DNA of 64,000 nucleotides from a virus (taxonomy: Duplodnaviria > Caudoviricetes): the IMG/VR virus record IMGVR_UViG_3300030330_004405, positions 28,525 through 92,524 of that record; one strand, given 5' to 3'. The notes under the pieces are model-generated. The model saw only the letters and a list, made by a program, of their open reading frames with translations. It made no database searches and was not told where the DNA came from. The position numbers and the translations under genes were made by a program. Positions 10,701 to 18,758 of this stretch are shown here, one piece after another (position 1 is the stretch's first letter; every line of letters begins with the position of its first letter).

Positions 10701-11048
10701 TATACAGATGAAGAAATGAGAAAGAAGCCAGAGACAGAAGAGCAACCAACCGCCGCTCCTAACGAATCAAATAACGACAGATATAGCGGATGTAAGTCTG
10801 CAGAAGAGGGTCCAGATAACAATGGTGAAAACTCCACAGTACAGCAGGCGCGCACAGTATCAGAATCGTTATTCGGCGGTATTGTAGACAGTGCTGTTGG
10901 TTTATTCAAAGCCATATTTGATAACTCCGAAGCTGAGATTACTGTAGAAGAAGTTGAGAATATTACGGGTAAAATTAACTCCAAAGCTGTCTCTAACCCT
11001 AATCAGGGGAATCAAGGCTCAGCCAACAACGGACCAAAAGGGGCATAG
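7773..11048 (+). CDS. Large virion protein, probable baseplate hub
   Basis: 1091 aa in the tail module. The C-terminal GQYIYIDP...LGVGGFFFVNAVHHSFEQGRFETTL resembles hub (gp27/gpD-like) ends; Pro-rich N-terminus. Confidence 0.5.
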   Translation: MSSTLDLLGGPFSPQSLVGEIVETTTPTVVDGTVFPFDPDKMPGVNPVTGVPDLIAAPPPMPTPPSAAAPDDSQGGSVATDPTEEVQAAKDALEKEPMSAAEFFESNGADLPEYRGFDDQTFILMHAYNLINLRNEKMNFDLDEPPPDKLDDVDGDKKPDDVMSNTIRSIKSGLPYAYIEGEDSPETNAVIQCVGDPGGFVNYLTAAPNLQRYLDSYPEDLSNLASRIRFYKIFHKDGKEEIVEFAFETAGMGESELEAMMSSRGRQRGYGVGIKTFNMSFLSTDSSTAKTLVSGDLILYGSSMESFLSVRNGVGESKDLEYRFMDLAYKTTSPKGLSNNIPKGHTDDLGFEIVADVGLATSAGIPGLTADTTALTVKLKPHGHNFEFQQDGSVTLTIEFKGYLDTTLSSPVQFDVFMQTDDVLRDLRVELAANAITKDCGAKEATKFKESQVAKGNKVYRKRITNINKELRKRGKIYYINIAPEVMTAFNDVFNSYTIEEDDGDPARNIPSSAEVRVLAGKGIMQAALGTRIPLTSFIEEHLGFKAGALGSAYTNISNPNKQAKSMQNDMEEKAPPQSTIRDCAVDPNSNQIPYFYVGDLINIILDNLTTIYRKENIAPHIEEMLNVFGSEEGSEVTSEFLGISQDTARDIPTQIETNSVINNIMINADKLKKFRVVLGPTTVKDFFSENEIVCSLGDIPVPLRHFNEWLVGEMEGSKRLRYPLAEFITDFIKDYVKVFLRGNTKYNDVGNLGMNKIYDRTSLFGYKSSHSEYDTDPLTLLRHSDTKAAGRKSLVYQLVGNEYRPLIKTSSNKILNKSKKEGFDYLIFHEPRSPFAIPKTTDQLANMGIGVYQLGKDRGVLKEISFTRLENKDMQAGFMSGVNGSQDGLAQLTQIFDATLTMYLNLNVHVGQYIYIDPNSVTSYLSAETRSRMSKLTQDMLGVGGFFFVNAVHHSFEQGRFETTLNTQWQPTANKYTDEEMRKKPETEEQPTAAPNESNNDRYSGCKSAEEGPDNNGENSTVQQARTVSESLFGGIVDSAVGLFKAIFDNSEAEITVEEVENITGKINSKAVSNPNQGNQGSANNGPKGA

Positions 11049-11057
11049 GAATAAACA

Positions 11058-12251
11058 ATGAGTAGATTTTTTATTGAAGATGATAAAGAAAACCCAAAAG
11101 ATCTTTTTAAGAAAAAACAGATGTTTAAGACTGTTTCTAGGTCCAAGCTTGGCAATTTAATTGATTTTAATTATGGCGAGAAGCGACTCTATGGTCGCGT
11201 TGATCGATACTTCCAGCCTATTGTGCCAAACAGCCAATATCTTGAAATAGTGAACCTTAAAACAAGCACGCCTAATCCTAATCGTGTGTTTAATTTTGTT
11301 GCTGATGCCTTCGCGGAGCTTGAAAACAAATTCAAATTAAAACTTGCCACTGGAGAAATAAGCGCCGATGAAGACTTTCTAAGCACCTTAGTCCCAACAG
11401 CAGCATACTTGGATCCAAAAGAGATATTCTACAACTATACTCAATCATTTTCAATCGCAGTCGGCAATGTTATATCAGACAATAATTTAAAGTTTCATAA
11501 CTTTACTGAATTTGTGAATGTTATAATGCCTTACATAAAAAGTTATCTAAAAAATAAAGTCATAACGTATCCAGCTTTTGTCAAAAGTAGACAATGCCCA
11601 ATGAGCATCAATGGACTCGTCATTGAATTAGCAGAGTTAGACCCTAATGATGATAAAACCAAATACGATAAGTTTTACAAAAGTAAAAATTGGGATTTCT
11701 TTTTAAATGCTTGTAACACATACGGGTTTATGGTAGACTGTAATATGCCGAACAGAATTATTGCAGATATCAACTCAGTAAACATGGTTGAAAAAATGAA
11801 GGCGTACAGCCCGGCAATAAGCTCGGGAGAGCTTTTTATAGCGAATTGTTACGATTCGGTTGCAGATTCGTACTTCAACACGTTTAAACTGTTCCTATAC
11901 AACATATATTCAGATAACAAACCCAAGACGATCGTTACAACAACCCAAAATCACTATAATGGCACAAGGGCGGTCATCAATAAGGTTAAAAGCTACAAAT
12001 ATAATGATTTTGTCGCTGAGATCGGAGATGACTACCTGTTGGAGTTGTACCTAACAATTAGATTCTTAGAAGAAGAGAGCAAATTTACTAAATACGAAAG
12101 GAATATACTAATACGGGACACCATAGCTTTGTCAAAAATCGAGGGAACGGTATCGGCGATTACCATTTTTGAAAAATTGTTAAACAAAACATTTGACTAT
12201 TCCGGCTCTTTGGGGTATATTCAAAAAAGGCGAGATGATTTGAGGAAATAG
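11058..12251 (+). CDS. Hypothetical protein (possibly structural)
   Basis: 397 aa ORF coupled to its neighbours; no recognised motif. Confidence 0.6.
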   Translation: MSRFFIEDDKENPKDLFKKKQMFKTVSRSKLGNLIDFNYGEKRLYGRVDRYFQPIVPNSQYLEIVNLKTSTPNPNRVFNFVADAFAELENKFKLKLATGEISADEDFLSTLVPTAAYLDPKEIFYNYTQSFSIAVGNVISDNNLKFHNFTEFVNVIMPYIKSYLKNKVITYPAFVKSRQCPMSINGLVIELAELDPNDDKTKYDKFYKSKNWDFFLNACNTYGFMVDCNMPNRIIADINSVNMVEKMKAYSPAISSGELFIANCYDSVADSYFNTFKLFLYNIYSDNKPKTIVTTTQNHYNGTRAVINKVKSYKYNDFVAEIGDDYLLELYLTIRFLEEESKFTKYERNILIRDTIALSKIEGTVSAITIFEKLLNKTFDYSGSLGYIQKRRDDLRK

Positions 12252-13453
12252 TGTATTTTCAAGCGTTAGATGATAAAAAAGAGTGTGTCGGCATCTATCA
12301 CGATGGCCGGCTAAATTTTGATGAGGGCACTTTTCCGGATTCGTTAGCAAATATGAGGACTTGGAGATATTCGGGGTTTTTACAAGACGAGTCTATTGAA
12401 TATGGGTGGTTTCGCGCTGTAGGCAAGACATTAAAAGAGTGTTGCCCTGAACACCTTATCGAAGAACTGACTAGATTCGAAAAGAAGATGAATGCTTACA
12501 AGAAATCATTTGAGATAGCAAAAATTAACTTTCGAGACCACTGTTTCTTTGACTTGGTGCCACATGATTTTCTTGTTTCGTTCTTGGAGATGAAAAACCA
12601 AATTACCCAACACGTATTTGAAAACTACGAAAAGCCTGTAATCTACGATCATCTTGTAGCAGTGGAAAAACTGCTTTATAAGATGAGATATCAGAACCTT
12701 AATCTAAACACCCAAGATGCCCGCGGACTGTTTACTTCGTCAAGAAGCCGCCAAGCAGCACAAAAGCTACTTAATGGACCCAAGCATATTGATTACAACA
12801 TCTTTGGAACTAGAACAGGGCGCTTGTCGACATATCCAGGCTCTTTCCCTATTCTTACGATGCAAAAGGACTTACGTGCACTAGTCAAACCACAAAACGA
12901 TTGGTTTATTTCACTTGATTACAATGGAGCCGAGGCTCGCACTGTATTGTCTCTTCTAGGCGAAAAGCAGCCTCCTGGCGACGTGCACGAATGGAATGTT
13001 ATGAACGTGTTTAAAGACAAAGGAGTAGAATCCCGAGAATCCGCAAAGACGTTCTTTTTCTCATGGCTGTACAACCCAGATTCCAATAAGATTGAAGAAT
13101 CGCTTTACGACCGCGATGCGCTTTTAGACAAATATTACAGCGATGGACATATTGAAACTGTATTTGGTCGAAAGATTGAGGTGGATGCGTACAAGGCAGT
13201 CAATTACATTGTACAAAGCACAACTGCCGATTTGGTCAATGATCGAGCCGTTGCTATTGACAAATTTTTAGAAGATAAACGCTCATTCGTATCACATATC
13301 GTACATGATGAAATTGTGCTTGACATTCCCGATGAAGAGAGATATCTTATTCCTGAGATTAAAGACATCTTCTCAAACAACAAACTTGACAAGTTTGTCA
13401 CAAATCTTAAGGCTGGTAAAGACTATATGGATATTGGAGTATTAAATCTATGA
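12251..13453 (+). CDS. Minimal family-A DNA polymerase domain protein
   Basis: TRTGRLS; motif A LDYNGAEAR; motif B RESAK...LY; NYIVQSTTAD; motif C IVHDEIVL. No exonuclease domain recognised. Confidence 0.8.
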   Translation: MYFQALDDKKECVGIYHDGRLNFDEGTFPDSLANMRTWRYSGFLQDESIEYGWFRAVGKTLKECCPEHLIEELTRFEKKMNAYKKSFEIAKINFRDHCFFDLVPHDFLVSFLEMKNQITQHVFENYEKPVIYDHLVAVEKLLYKMRYQNLNLNTQDARGLFTSSRSRQAAQKLLNGPKHIDYNIFGTRTGRLSTYPGSFPILTMQKDLRALVKPQNDWFISLDYNGAEARTVLSLLGEKQPPGDVHEWNVMNVFKDKGVESRESAKTFFFSWLYNPDSNKIEESLYDRDALLDKYYSDGHIETVFGRKIEVDAYKAVNYIVQSTTADLVNDRAVAIDKFLEDKRSFVSHIVHDEIVLDIPDEERYLIPEIKDIFSNNKLDKFVTNLKAGKDYMDIGVLNL

Positions 13454-14310
13454 TTTCAATTGTAGGAATAGGCAATGCTGCATCTGCAATCGCAGAGAAC
13501 TTCAAGTCGCAGAATAATAACTATAAAGTGTATCAACTTGGCAGCAACTACAAGAACACGAAATATACACGCGTCCTTAAGAGCTATGATAGCCCAGAAA
13601 AGTACGAAGAAAATATTCCTGATTTGTCCAAGTTTTTCAAAGAGCTAAATGACAAGGTACAAGTGTTCATAGTGGGCTCTTCACACAGCTCAAGTTACAC
13701 GCTTGGCATTCTAGAGCAGATGAAAGACAAAAACTTGGAAATCTTTTATATTAAGCCAGATGTAGAACTACTCACGGGCGTTCCAAAGCTGCTAGAAAAC
13801 TTGCTATTTGGCGTATTGCAAGAATATGCCCGATCGGGACTGTTCAAATCTCTGACTATTTTGTCGAATTTGGAAATCGAAAATAGTATCACCGGTCTAT
13901 CTATAAAGAACTATTATGAGAAGTTAAATCACACTATCTTTTCATGCGTGCATTACCTTAATTTTTTCAATCACACCGAGCCGGAAATTGGTCAAATGGC
14001 TAAGCCATCGGACATTAACAGAATCCGTACCATCGGTATTCTCAATGCGGAAACTTTGTCAGAAAAGTGGCTTTTCAGCCTTGACATCCCGCGAGAGACG
14101 TGTTATTATATATGCATAAATCAAGACAGATTAGAGAAGGAAAGCGGACTACATAAGCGAATCGTCGATCTCCTAAAAGAGAAGCCAAGAAATGCATATC
14201 GCAAGGTTTCATACGGGATTTGGGAGACACACTTACAAGACTTTGGGTTCTGCGTTGCCCACACAAACGCAATTCAACAAAATACTCTTGACAAGCTAGA
14301 GCAAGAGTGA
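13450..14310 (+). CDS. Divergent tubulin/FtsZ-like protein
   Basis: N-terminal IVGIGNAASAIA. The signature loop is degenerate (VGSSHSSS); later IKP, LSN and YEKLN elements occur in FtsZ-like order. Confidence 0.5.
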   Translation: MISIVGIGNAASAIAENFKSQNNNYKVYQLGSNYKNTKYTRVLKSYDSPEKYEENIPDLSKFFKELNDKVQVFIVGSSHSSSYTLGILEQMKDKNLEIFYIKPDVELLTGVPKLLENLLFGVLQEYARSGLFKSLTILSNLEIENSITGLSIKNYYEKLNHTIFSCVHYLNFFNHTEPEIGQMAKPSDINRIRTIGILNAETLSEKWLFSLDIPRETCYYICINQDRLEKESGLHKRIVDLLKEKPRNAYRKVSYGIWETHLQDFGFCVAHTNAIQQNTLDKLEQE

Positions 14311-14338
14311 TACATTAGGTATCGAGGAAAGCTCGATA
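14288..14338 (+). promoter_or_regulatory. Sigma70-type promoter plus 5' hairpin of the SSB mRNA
   Basis: TTGACA(14288)-17 nt-TACATT(14311); hairpin TATCGAG-GAAAG-CTCGATA at 14320-14338. Confidence 0.65.
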
Positions 14339-14370
14339 TACTTTACACAAACAAATAGGAGAAAAAACTA

Positions 14371-15147
14371 ATGTCAATCAACATGGAACTAATGAGAAAG
14401 AAACTTGCCCAACTTCGTGGCGAGGATAAGGGGGATGGTAACTCCGTATGGTTTAAGCCTGATGAGGGCGACCAAACTATTCGGATTGTACCAACCGCAG
14501 ACGGAGACCCCCTTAAGGAAATGTATTTCCACTATAACGTTGGAGATCACAAGGGCGGTATTCCATGTCCTAAGCGCAACTATGGTGAGCGCTGTCCGAT
14601 TTGTGACTTTGCTTCTCAGCTTTGGCGAGAAGGAAGTGATCAAAATGACGAAGAATCCAAAAAGCTTGCAAAGTCTCTCTTTGTACGTGCACGTTACTTC
14701 TCACCAGTAGTCGTCCGAGGACGCGAAGCTGAGGGAGTAAAGGTTTATGGCTACGGTAAGAGAGCTTATGAGTTGCTTCTCGGATACATCTTGGACCCAG
14801 AATACGGGGACATCACTGATACTCTTGAAGGAACTGACATTTCGTTGGTTTACACAAAGCCAACAACGCCGGGTGCATACCCACAAACAAGCCTTAAGAT
14901 GCGTCGAAACACATCTGCTCTACTGGAGGACACTGAGGCCATCCCCGCCCTCCTAGACGGCATCCCCGATATTGACTCACTCTTCGAGCGTCTAACCCCC
15001 GAACAAATTGACGCCATCCTAGATGAGCAATTGGCGAGTGGTGCCTCCGCTGAGTCTCGCTCCACCGAGACGAGCAAATATAATAACACAGAGCCCACTG
15101 TCAATCCCGTAGATGCGGCTTTTGATGAATTGATGGCAACTAAGTAG
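14371..15147 (+). CDS. Single-stranded DNA-binding protein (T4 gp32-like)
   Basis: WFKP...IRIVP, Zn-ligand-like HY...CP...CPIC, YGDITD...GTD, acidic tail DAAFDELM. Confidence 0.85.
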   Translation: MSINMELMRKKLAQLRGEDKGDGNSVWFKPDEGDQTIRIVPTADGDPLKEMYFHYNVGDHKGGIPCPKRNYGERCPICDFASQLWREGSDQNDEESKKLAKSLFVRARYFSPVVVRGREAEGVKVYGYGKRAYELLLGYILDPEYGDITDTLEGTDISLVYTKPTTPGAYPQTSLKMRRNTSALLEDTEAIPALLDGIPDIDSLFERLTPEQIDAILDEQLASGASAESRSTETSKYNNTEPTVNPVDAAFDELMATK

Positions 15148-15157
15148 CTTGTTAGAT

Positions 15158-15192
15158 AGCCGCTGGCACCCCGGCTTAGGAATAGGGTGCCG
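15158..15192 (+). ncRNA. H-type RNA pseudoknot, copy 1
   Basis: S1 AGCCG(15158-62)/CGGCT(15172-76); S2 (T)GGCACCC(15164/5-71)/GGGTGCC(G)(15185-91/2). Confidence 0.6.
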
Positions 15193-15221
15193 CATTATTC
15201 TATAAAGAAGGAGATTATATT

Positions 15222-15500
15222 ATGGAATGGTTGAAGTCAATGTTAGCACGCTGGAAGGTGCAAGTTAGTTTTGTGGCTGGAGCGCTTGTCGTTGCCACCA
15301 CTTACGGACAATGCAGTTTTGAGCTGCCAGCAGCAGAGGAAGTAAGTGAAAACACGCCTGCTGCCGAAACAGTGGAGGCGACCACCACAGTCGAGGTTTC
15401 CGCTACCACTTCTACCGAGGAAGCCACAACTTCCACAGTAGAGGAAAATACCCCCACACCCACAACGGAAACCACAGCTACCGACGCTGTAACAGAGTAG
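15222..15500 (+). CDS. Small membrane-anchored Thr/Glu-rich protein
   Basis: RBS AAGGAG; hydrophobic N-terminal segment followed by a T/E/A low-complexity tail. Confidence 0.7.
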   Translation: MEWLKSMLARWKVQVSFVAGALVVATTYGQCSFELPAAEEVSENTPAAETVEATTTVEVSATTSTEEATTSTVEENTPTPTTETTATDAVTE

Positions 15501-15504
15501 CTGC

Positions 15505-15534
15505 AGCCGCTGGCACACCGGTTAATGTGTGCCA
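15505..15534 (+). ncRNA. H-type RNA pseudoknot, copy 2 (S2 followed by a U-tract)
   Basis: S1 AGCCG/CGGTT; S2 TGGCACAC/GTGTGCCA, with a compensatory change relative to copy 1; followed by T7. Confidence 0.6.
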
Positions 15535-15550
15535 TTTTTTTGAGGGCTTG

Positions 15551-16348
15551 ATGAAAACACCATTGCGATATCCTGGCGGTAAATCGCGCGCCATTAAGCA
15601 TATCCTACCTCATATCCCCGAAAGTGTCGAGCGTGTTTGCTCTCCATTCTTCGGGGGTGGTTCGGTAGAGCTTGCTTTAGCTAACCGTGGCACTGAAGTG
15701 TTTGGTTACGACAAGATGAAACAGCTTGTATGGTTCTGGATGGCTCTGTGTGAAAATAATACACGCTTAGCTGACGAAGTAGAGAGCCTGCGAGAACAGT
15801 ATATAATTAGAAGCGGTGAAACGGTTACCGGCTGTTCTAAGGAGTCGTTCCGCCAGTATCGTCAAGACCTGATGACTGATACATTTATGTTCTCTTACGA
15901 AAGAGCAGCAAAGTATTACGCTATTAATAGAGCAAGTTTCTCTGGCGCTACTTTTAGCGGGGGGTGGTCTGAGAGAGCCTCATACGCGAGATTCACTGAT
16001 TCGTCTGTCCAAAGACTTAGAGATTTTAAGCGTAAAAACTTTAGAGTAGATTACGCTGACTTTGGTGATGCCATCGAGTATCACCCAAGGGCTTTTTTAT
16101 ATCTTGATCCTCCTTATATGCTTGAGGGTTCACAAAACTCGCTATATGGTGTTGATGGCAATCTACACAACTCGTTTGATCATGAAAGATTACATTCACT
16201 CTTGACAAACCGCGGTCAATGGCTTATGTCGTATAATGACTGCCCGGAGATAAGAGAAATGTATAAAGATTACGAAATTATCGAAGCTCAGTGGACTTAT
16301 GGTATGAACAAGAGTAAACAGTCATCTGAGATACTAATTAAGGGGTAA
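15551..16348 (+). CDS. dam: Dam-like N6-adenine DNA methyltransferase
   Basis: MKTPLRYPGGKS, PFFGGGSVE, YYAINRASFSG, YLDPPY, MSYND. Confidence 0.9.
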   Translation: MKTPLRYPGGKSRAIKHILPHIPESVERVCSPFFGGGSVELALANRGTEVFGYDKMKQLVWFWMALCENNTRLADEVESLREQYIIRSGETVTGCSKESFRQYRQDLMTDTFMFSYERAAKYYAINRASFSGATFSGGWSERASYARFTDSSVQRLRDFKRKNFRVDYADFGDAIEYHPRAFLYLDPPYMLEGSQNSLYGVDGNLHNSFDHERLHSLLTNRGQWLMSYNDCPEIREMYKDYEIIEAQWTYGMNKSKQSSEILIKG

Positions 16349-17490
16349 TGCAAATGAAAAAGATTATAGAGAGTTGGGATTTATACCTGACAGAACAAAA
16401 ATGCAAGTTACCAAATCGAGGCGATATTGCCGAAGGTGTGGTGGCTGCTGCCATCGCTGCTAAACTTTCAAAGAGAGTAAACGGTAAAATAGAAATGATA
16501 AGCGTGTCTGATGTTGTCGCTCAGGTGGCAAGTATTCAGGATATGAATACCGTTGTCAGCAACGTGGTTCCTGACTTCAGTGATGAACACGAAGATACTG
16601 TTAGTTTCTCTATTTCAATGCCCAAGCGCCCTTTTGAAGCTCTTGTGGACAGGAATCTTTTAGCTTGTTTGCAGGGTGAGTATGAAGGAGCCGTGAGCTA
16701 TGTGAATAGCCCCCCGATGCACAAGTTTGCAACACGTCTCGCATCGAACAAAAAATCAAACAACATACTGGTAAAAGCAGCGGGAACAGAGGATCAAAAA
16801 GGAACCAAGGTAGACATATCGATAATCGTAGATGGCAACAAATTAAGAAACCAACTGTCGTTGAAAGTAAAGGGCGGCGAACAATTTGCTCAAAAGACCG
16901 GGAAAGCTTTTGAGGTTCAAAAAGCCTTTTGGGAGCCTCTTGGTATTGACGTATCAAGCGCCGAGCAAGAATACAACAGTATCGTTGACGGTATACCAGC
17001 CGGCAAGCCCTTTTCCTCACGCGAAGAGATCAATACTGGAGGCTACCTGCAAATGGCTTCTAATGCGACAAGCCTGATATACCAGCAAGCGTACAAAACT
17101 CTAGAATCGAAGCTACGAGATGATAAATTTGAGGCTGAATTTGTCAAGCTATTAGCGGACTACATAAAGACTGGCGCTGTTGGACCAGAATCAGAGTTTG
17201 TTGAGTTGGTGAAAATTTTACCCGGTGGCTTTAAGAGAGCGAGATTTGGTAAAAAGTTTTACTCCGAGATGGAAAAAGCAAACCTATACCCCATTATCAA
17301 CACTTCCGGCTCTTATCCCAAGATTCAAATCATATACGAGGACGCGGCGGGAAATAAAAGCGTCCTTGTGCAAATGAGGGCAAAAGTGGAAAGGGCTTCA
17401 GGGAAGTCCGGGGGTTCAAAAAAGTATGGTGTTCTAATGAGGAACTACCTTGAAACAGGTCCAGCTTTATATAAATTAGCTGGCGTATAA
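16348..17490 (+). CDS. Hypothetical protein, possible PD-(D/E)xK-type nuclease with a W-x-x-Y-L-x-E N-terminal tag
   Basis: NRGDIAEG...KVDI...LSLK; N-terminus MKKIIESWDLYLTE; stop/start overlap with dam. Confidence 0.4.
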   Translation: MQMKKIIESWDLYLTEQKCKLPNRGDIAEGVVAAAIAAKLSKRVNGKIEMISVSDVVAQVASIQDMNTVVSNVVPDFSDEHEDTVSFSISMPKRPFEALVDRNLLACLQGEYEGAVSYVNSPPMHKFATRLASNKKSNNILVKAAGTEDQKGTKVDISIIVDGNKLRNQLSLKVKGGEQFAQKTGKAFEVQKAFWEPLGIDVSSAEQEYNSIVDGIPAGKPFSSREEINTGGYLQMASNATSLIYQQAYKTLESKLRDDKFEAEFVKLLADYIKTGAVGPESEFVELVKILPGGFKRARFGKKFYSEMEKANLYPIINTSGSYPKIQIIYEDAAGNKSVLVQMRAKVERASGKSGGSKKYGVLMRNYLETGPALYKLAGV

Positions 17491-17550
17491 ATAATACTTG
17501 ACTCCACTAATATACAGTGGTATTATAACAAACAACTAAGAGGAGCCAAA

Positions 17551-18696
17551 ATGGCTAAAGCGAAAGCAAAGGCAGGTCGTGTAAATATGCAAGACCTAAT
17601 GAAACTAGTAAATAAGAAAGCGGGTCAGAATGTGGCTCACGACTTAACAGGAGACAACCCGACTTCTGTTAAGGAATGGATTCCAACGGGATCACGTTGG
17701 TTGGATTCTATTATTTGTAAGGGTAAAGTTGCCGGTATTCCGGTTGGCAAGATCACCGAGATTGCCGGACTTGAAGCAACTGGTAAATCATACATGGCTG
17801 TGCAGATTGCAGCAAACGCCCAGAAAGCGGGCAAGATGGTCGTTTACTTCGATTCGGAGTCTGCCATCGACCCGATGTTCTTGGAGCGAGCAGGATGCGA
17901 CCTAGAGCGTTTAATGTACGTTCAAGCGTCTTCTGTGGAGTTTGTCCTTGAGACTATTGAAGAACTTCTTGGAGCAACCGACGAACAGCTTGTATTTATC
18001 TGGGATTCTTTGGCATTTACACCATCAATTTCAGATGTTGAAGGAGACTTCAACCCGCAGTCTTCAATGGCAGTGAAGGCTCGTATTTTAGCAAAGGGTA
18101 TGTCCAAGTTGGTTATTCCCATTGCTGATAAGCGCGCAACTTTCATTGTATTGAACCAATTGAAGACAAACATCCCACAAGGTCCGATGGCGCGACAAAT
18201 CGCTATGACTACACCTTATATCACCCCTGGTGGTAAGGCAATGCATTATGCTTATTCACTTCGTATTTGGTTGACCGGTCGAAAGGCTAAGTCAGCATTT
18301 ATCGAAGATGAAAAGGGTTTCCGTATTGGCTCCGAAGTTAAGGTAAAGCTTGAGAAATCCCGTTTTGGCACTCAAGGCAGGTCGTGTGCTTTCCGTATCA
18401 TGTGGGGGACTGAAGATGTTGGAATTCGTGATGAAGAATCGTGGTTCGATGCTATTAAGGGCTGCGAACACCTTTCATCAGCAGGAGCTTGGTATACACT
18501 GTCAATGCCCGACGGATATACTAAGAAGTTCCAACCTTCAAAATGGACGAGCCTTGTAACTTCAGACGAAGAGTTCAAGAACAGAGTAATTCAGATTATG
18601 GATGAAGAGATTGTGCAGAAGTTTGATAAGCGACAAGGCGATGCTAGCACTTATTACGAGGATCCGGAAGACATTTCGGTGCCAGTAAAAGAATAA
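17551..18696 (+). CDS. recA: RecA/UvsX recombinase
   Basis: IPTGSRWLD, Walker A GLEATGKS, FDSE, WDS, LNQL, TPGGKAM; upstream TTGACT promoter. Confidence 0.95.
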   Translation: MAKAKAKAGRVNMQDLMKLVNKKAGQNVAHDLTGDNPTSVKEWIPTGSRWLDSIICKGKVAGIPVGKITEIAGLEATGKSYMAVQIAANAQKAGKMVVYFDSESAIDPMFLERAGCDLERLMYVQASSVEFVLETIEELLGATDEQLVFIWDSLAFTPSISDVEGDFNPQSSMAVKARILAKGMSKLVIPIADKRATFIVLNQLKTNIPQGPMARQIAMTTPYITPGGKAMHYAYSLRIWLTGRKAKSAFIEDEKGFRIGSEVKVKLEKSRFGTQGRSCAFRIMWGTEDVGIRDEESWFDAIKGCEHLSSAGAWYTLSMPDGYTKKFQPSKWTSLVTSDEEFKNRVIQIMDEEIVQKFDKRQGDASTYYEDPEDISVPVKE

Positions 18697-18715
18697 ATAA
18701 AAGTGCTTGACTTTG

Positions 18716-18758
18716 ACCCTCCGGTTGGTTATAATACAATCAATCGGAGGGTTTTTTT
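18716..18758 (+). terminator. Intrinsic terminator enclosing a sigma70 -10 box and the next gene's RBS
   Basis: Stem ACCCTCCGGTTGGTT/AATCAATCGGAGGGT plus T-tract; TTGACT(18707)-17-TATAAT(18730). Confidence 0.75.

Noticed and set aside
1-12251. Bacterial contractile injection system or prophage
   Set aside because: Contiguous with phage replication genes, tRNAs and early genes; no host genes or integrase.
13450-14310. Evidence for a nucleus-forming phage
   Set aside because: The tubulin-like protein is degenerate, and no chimallin or multi-subunit RNAP is recognisable in the window.
15158-15534. Known riboswitch (guanidine-III, preQ1)
   Set aside because: The topology is H-type, but I do not see the ligand-binding consensus nucleotides; an Rfam search is still needed.
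15145-15545. Pseudoknot-stimulated UAG readthrough
   Set aside because: In-frame stops follow soon after (TAG at 15157; TGA 14 codons after the second stop), so no useful fusion results.
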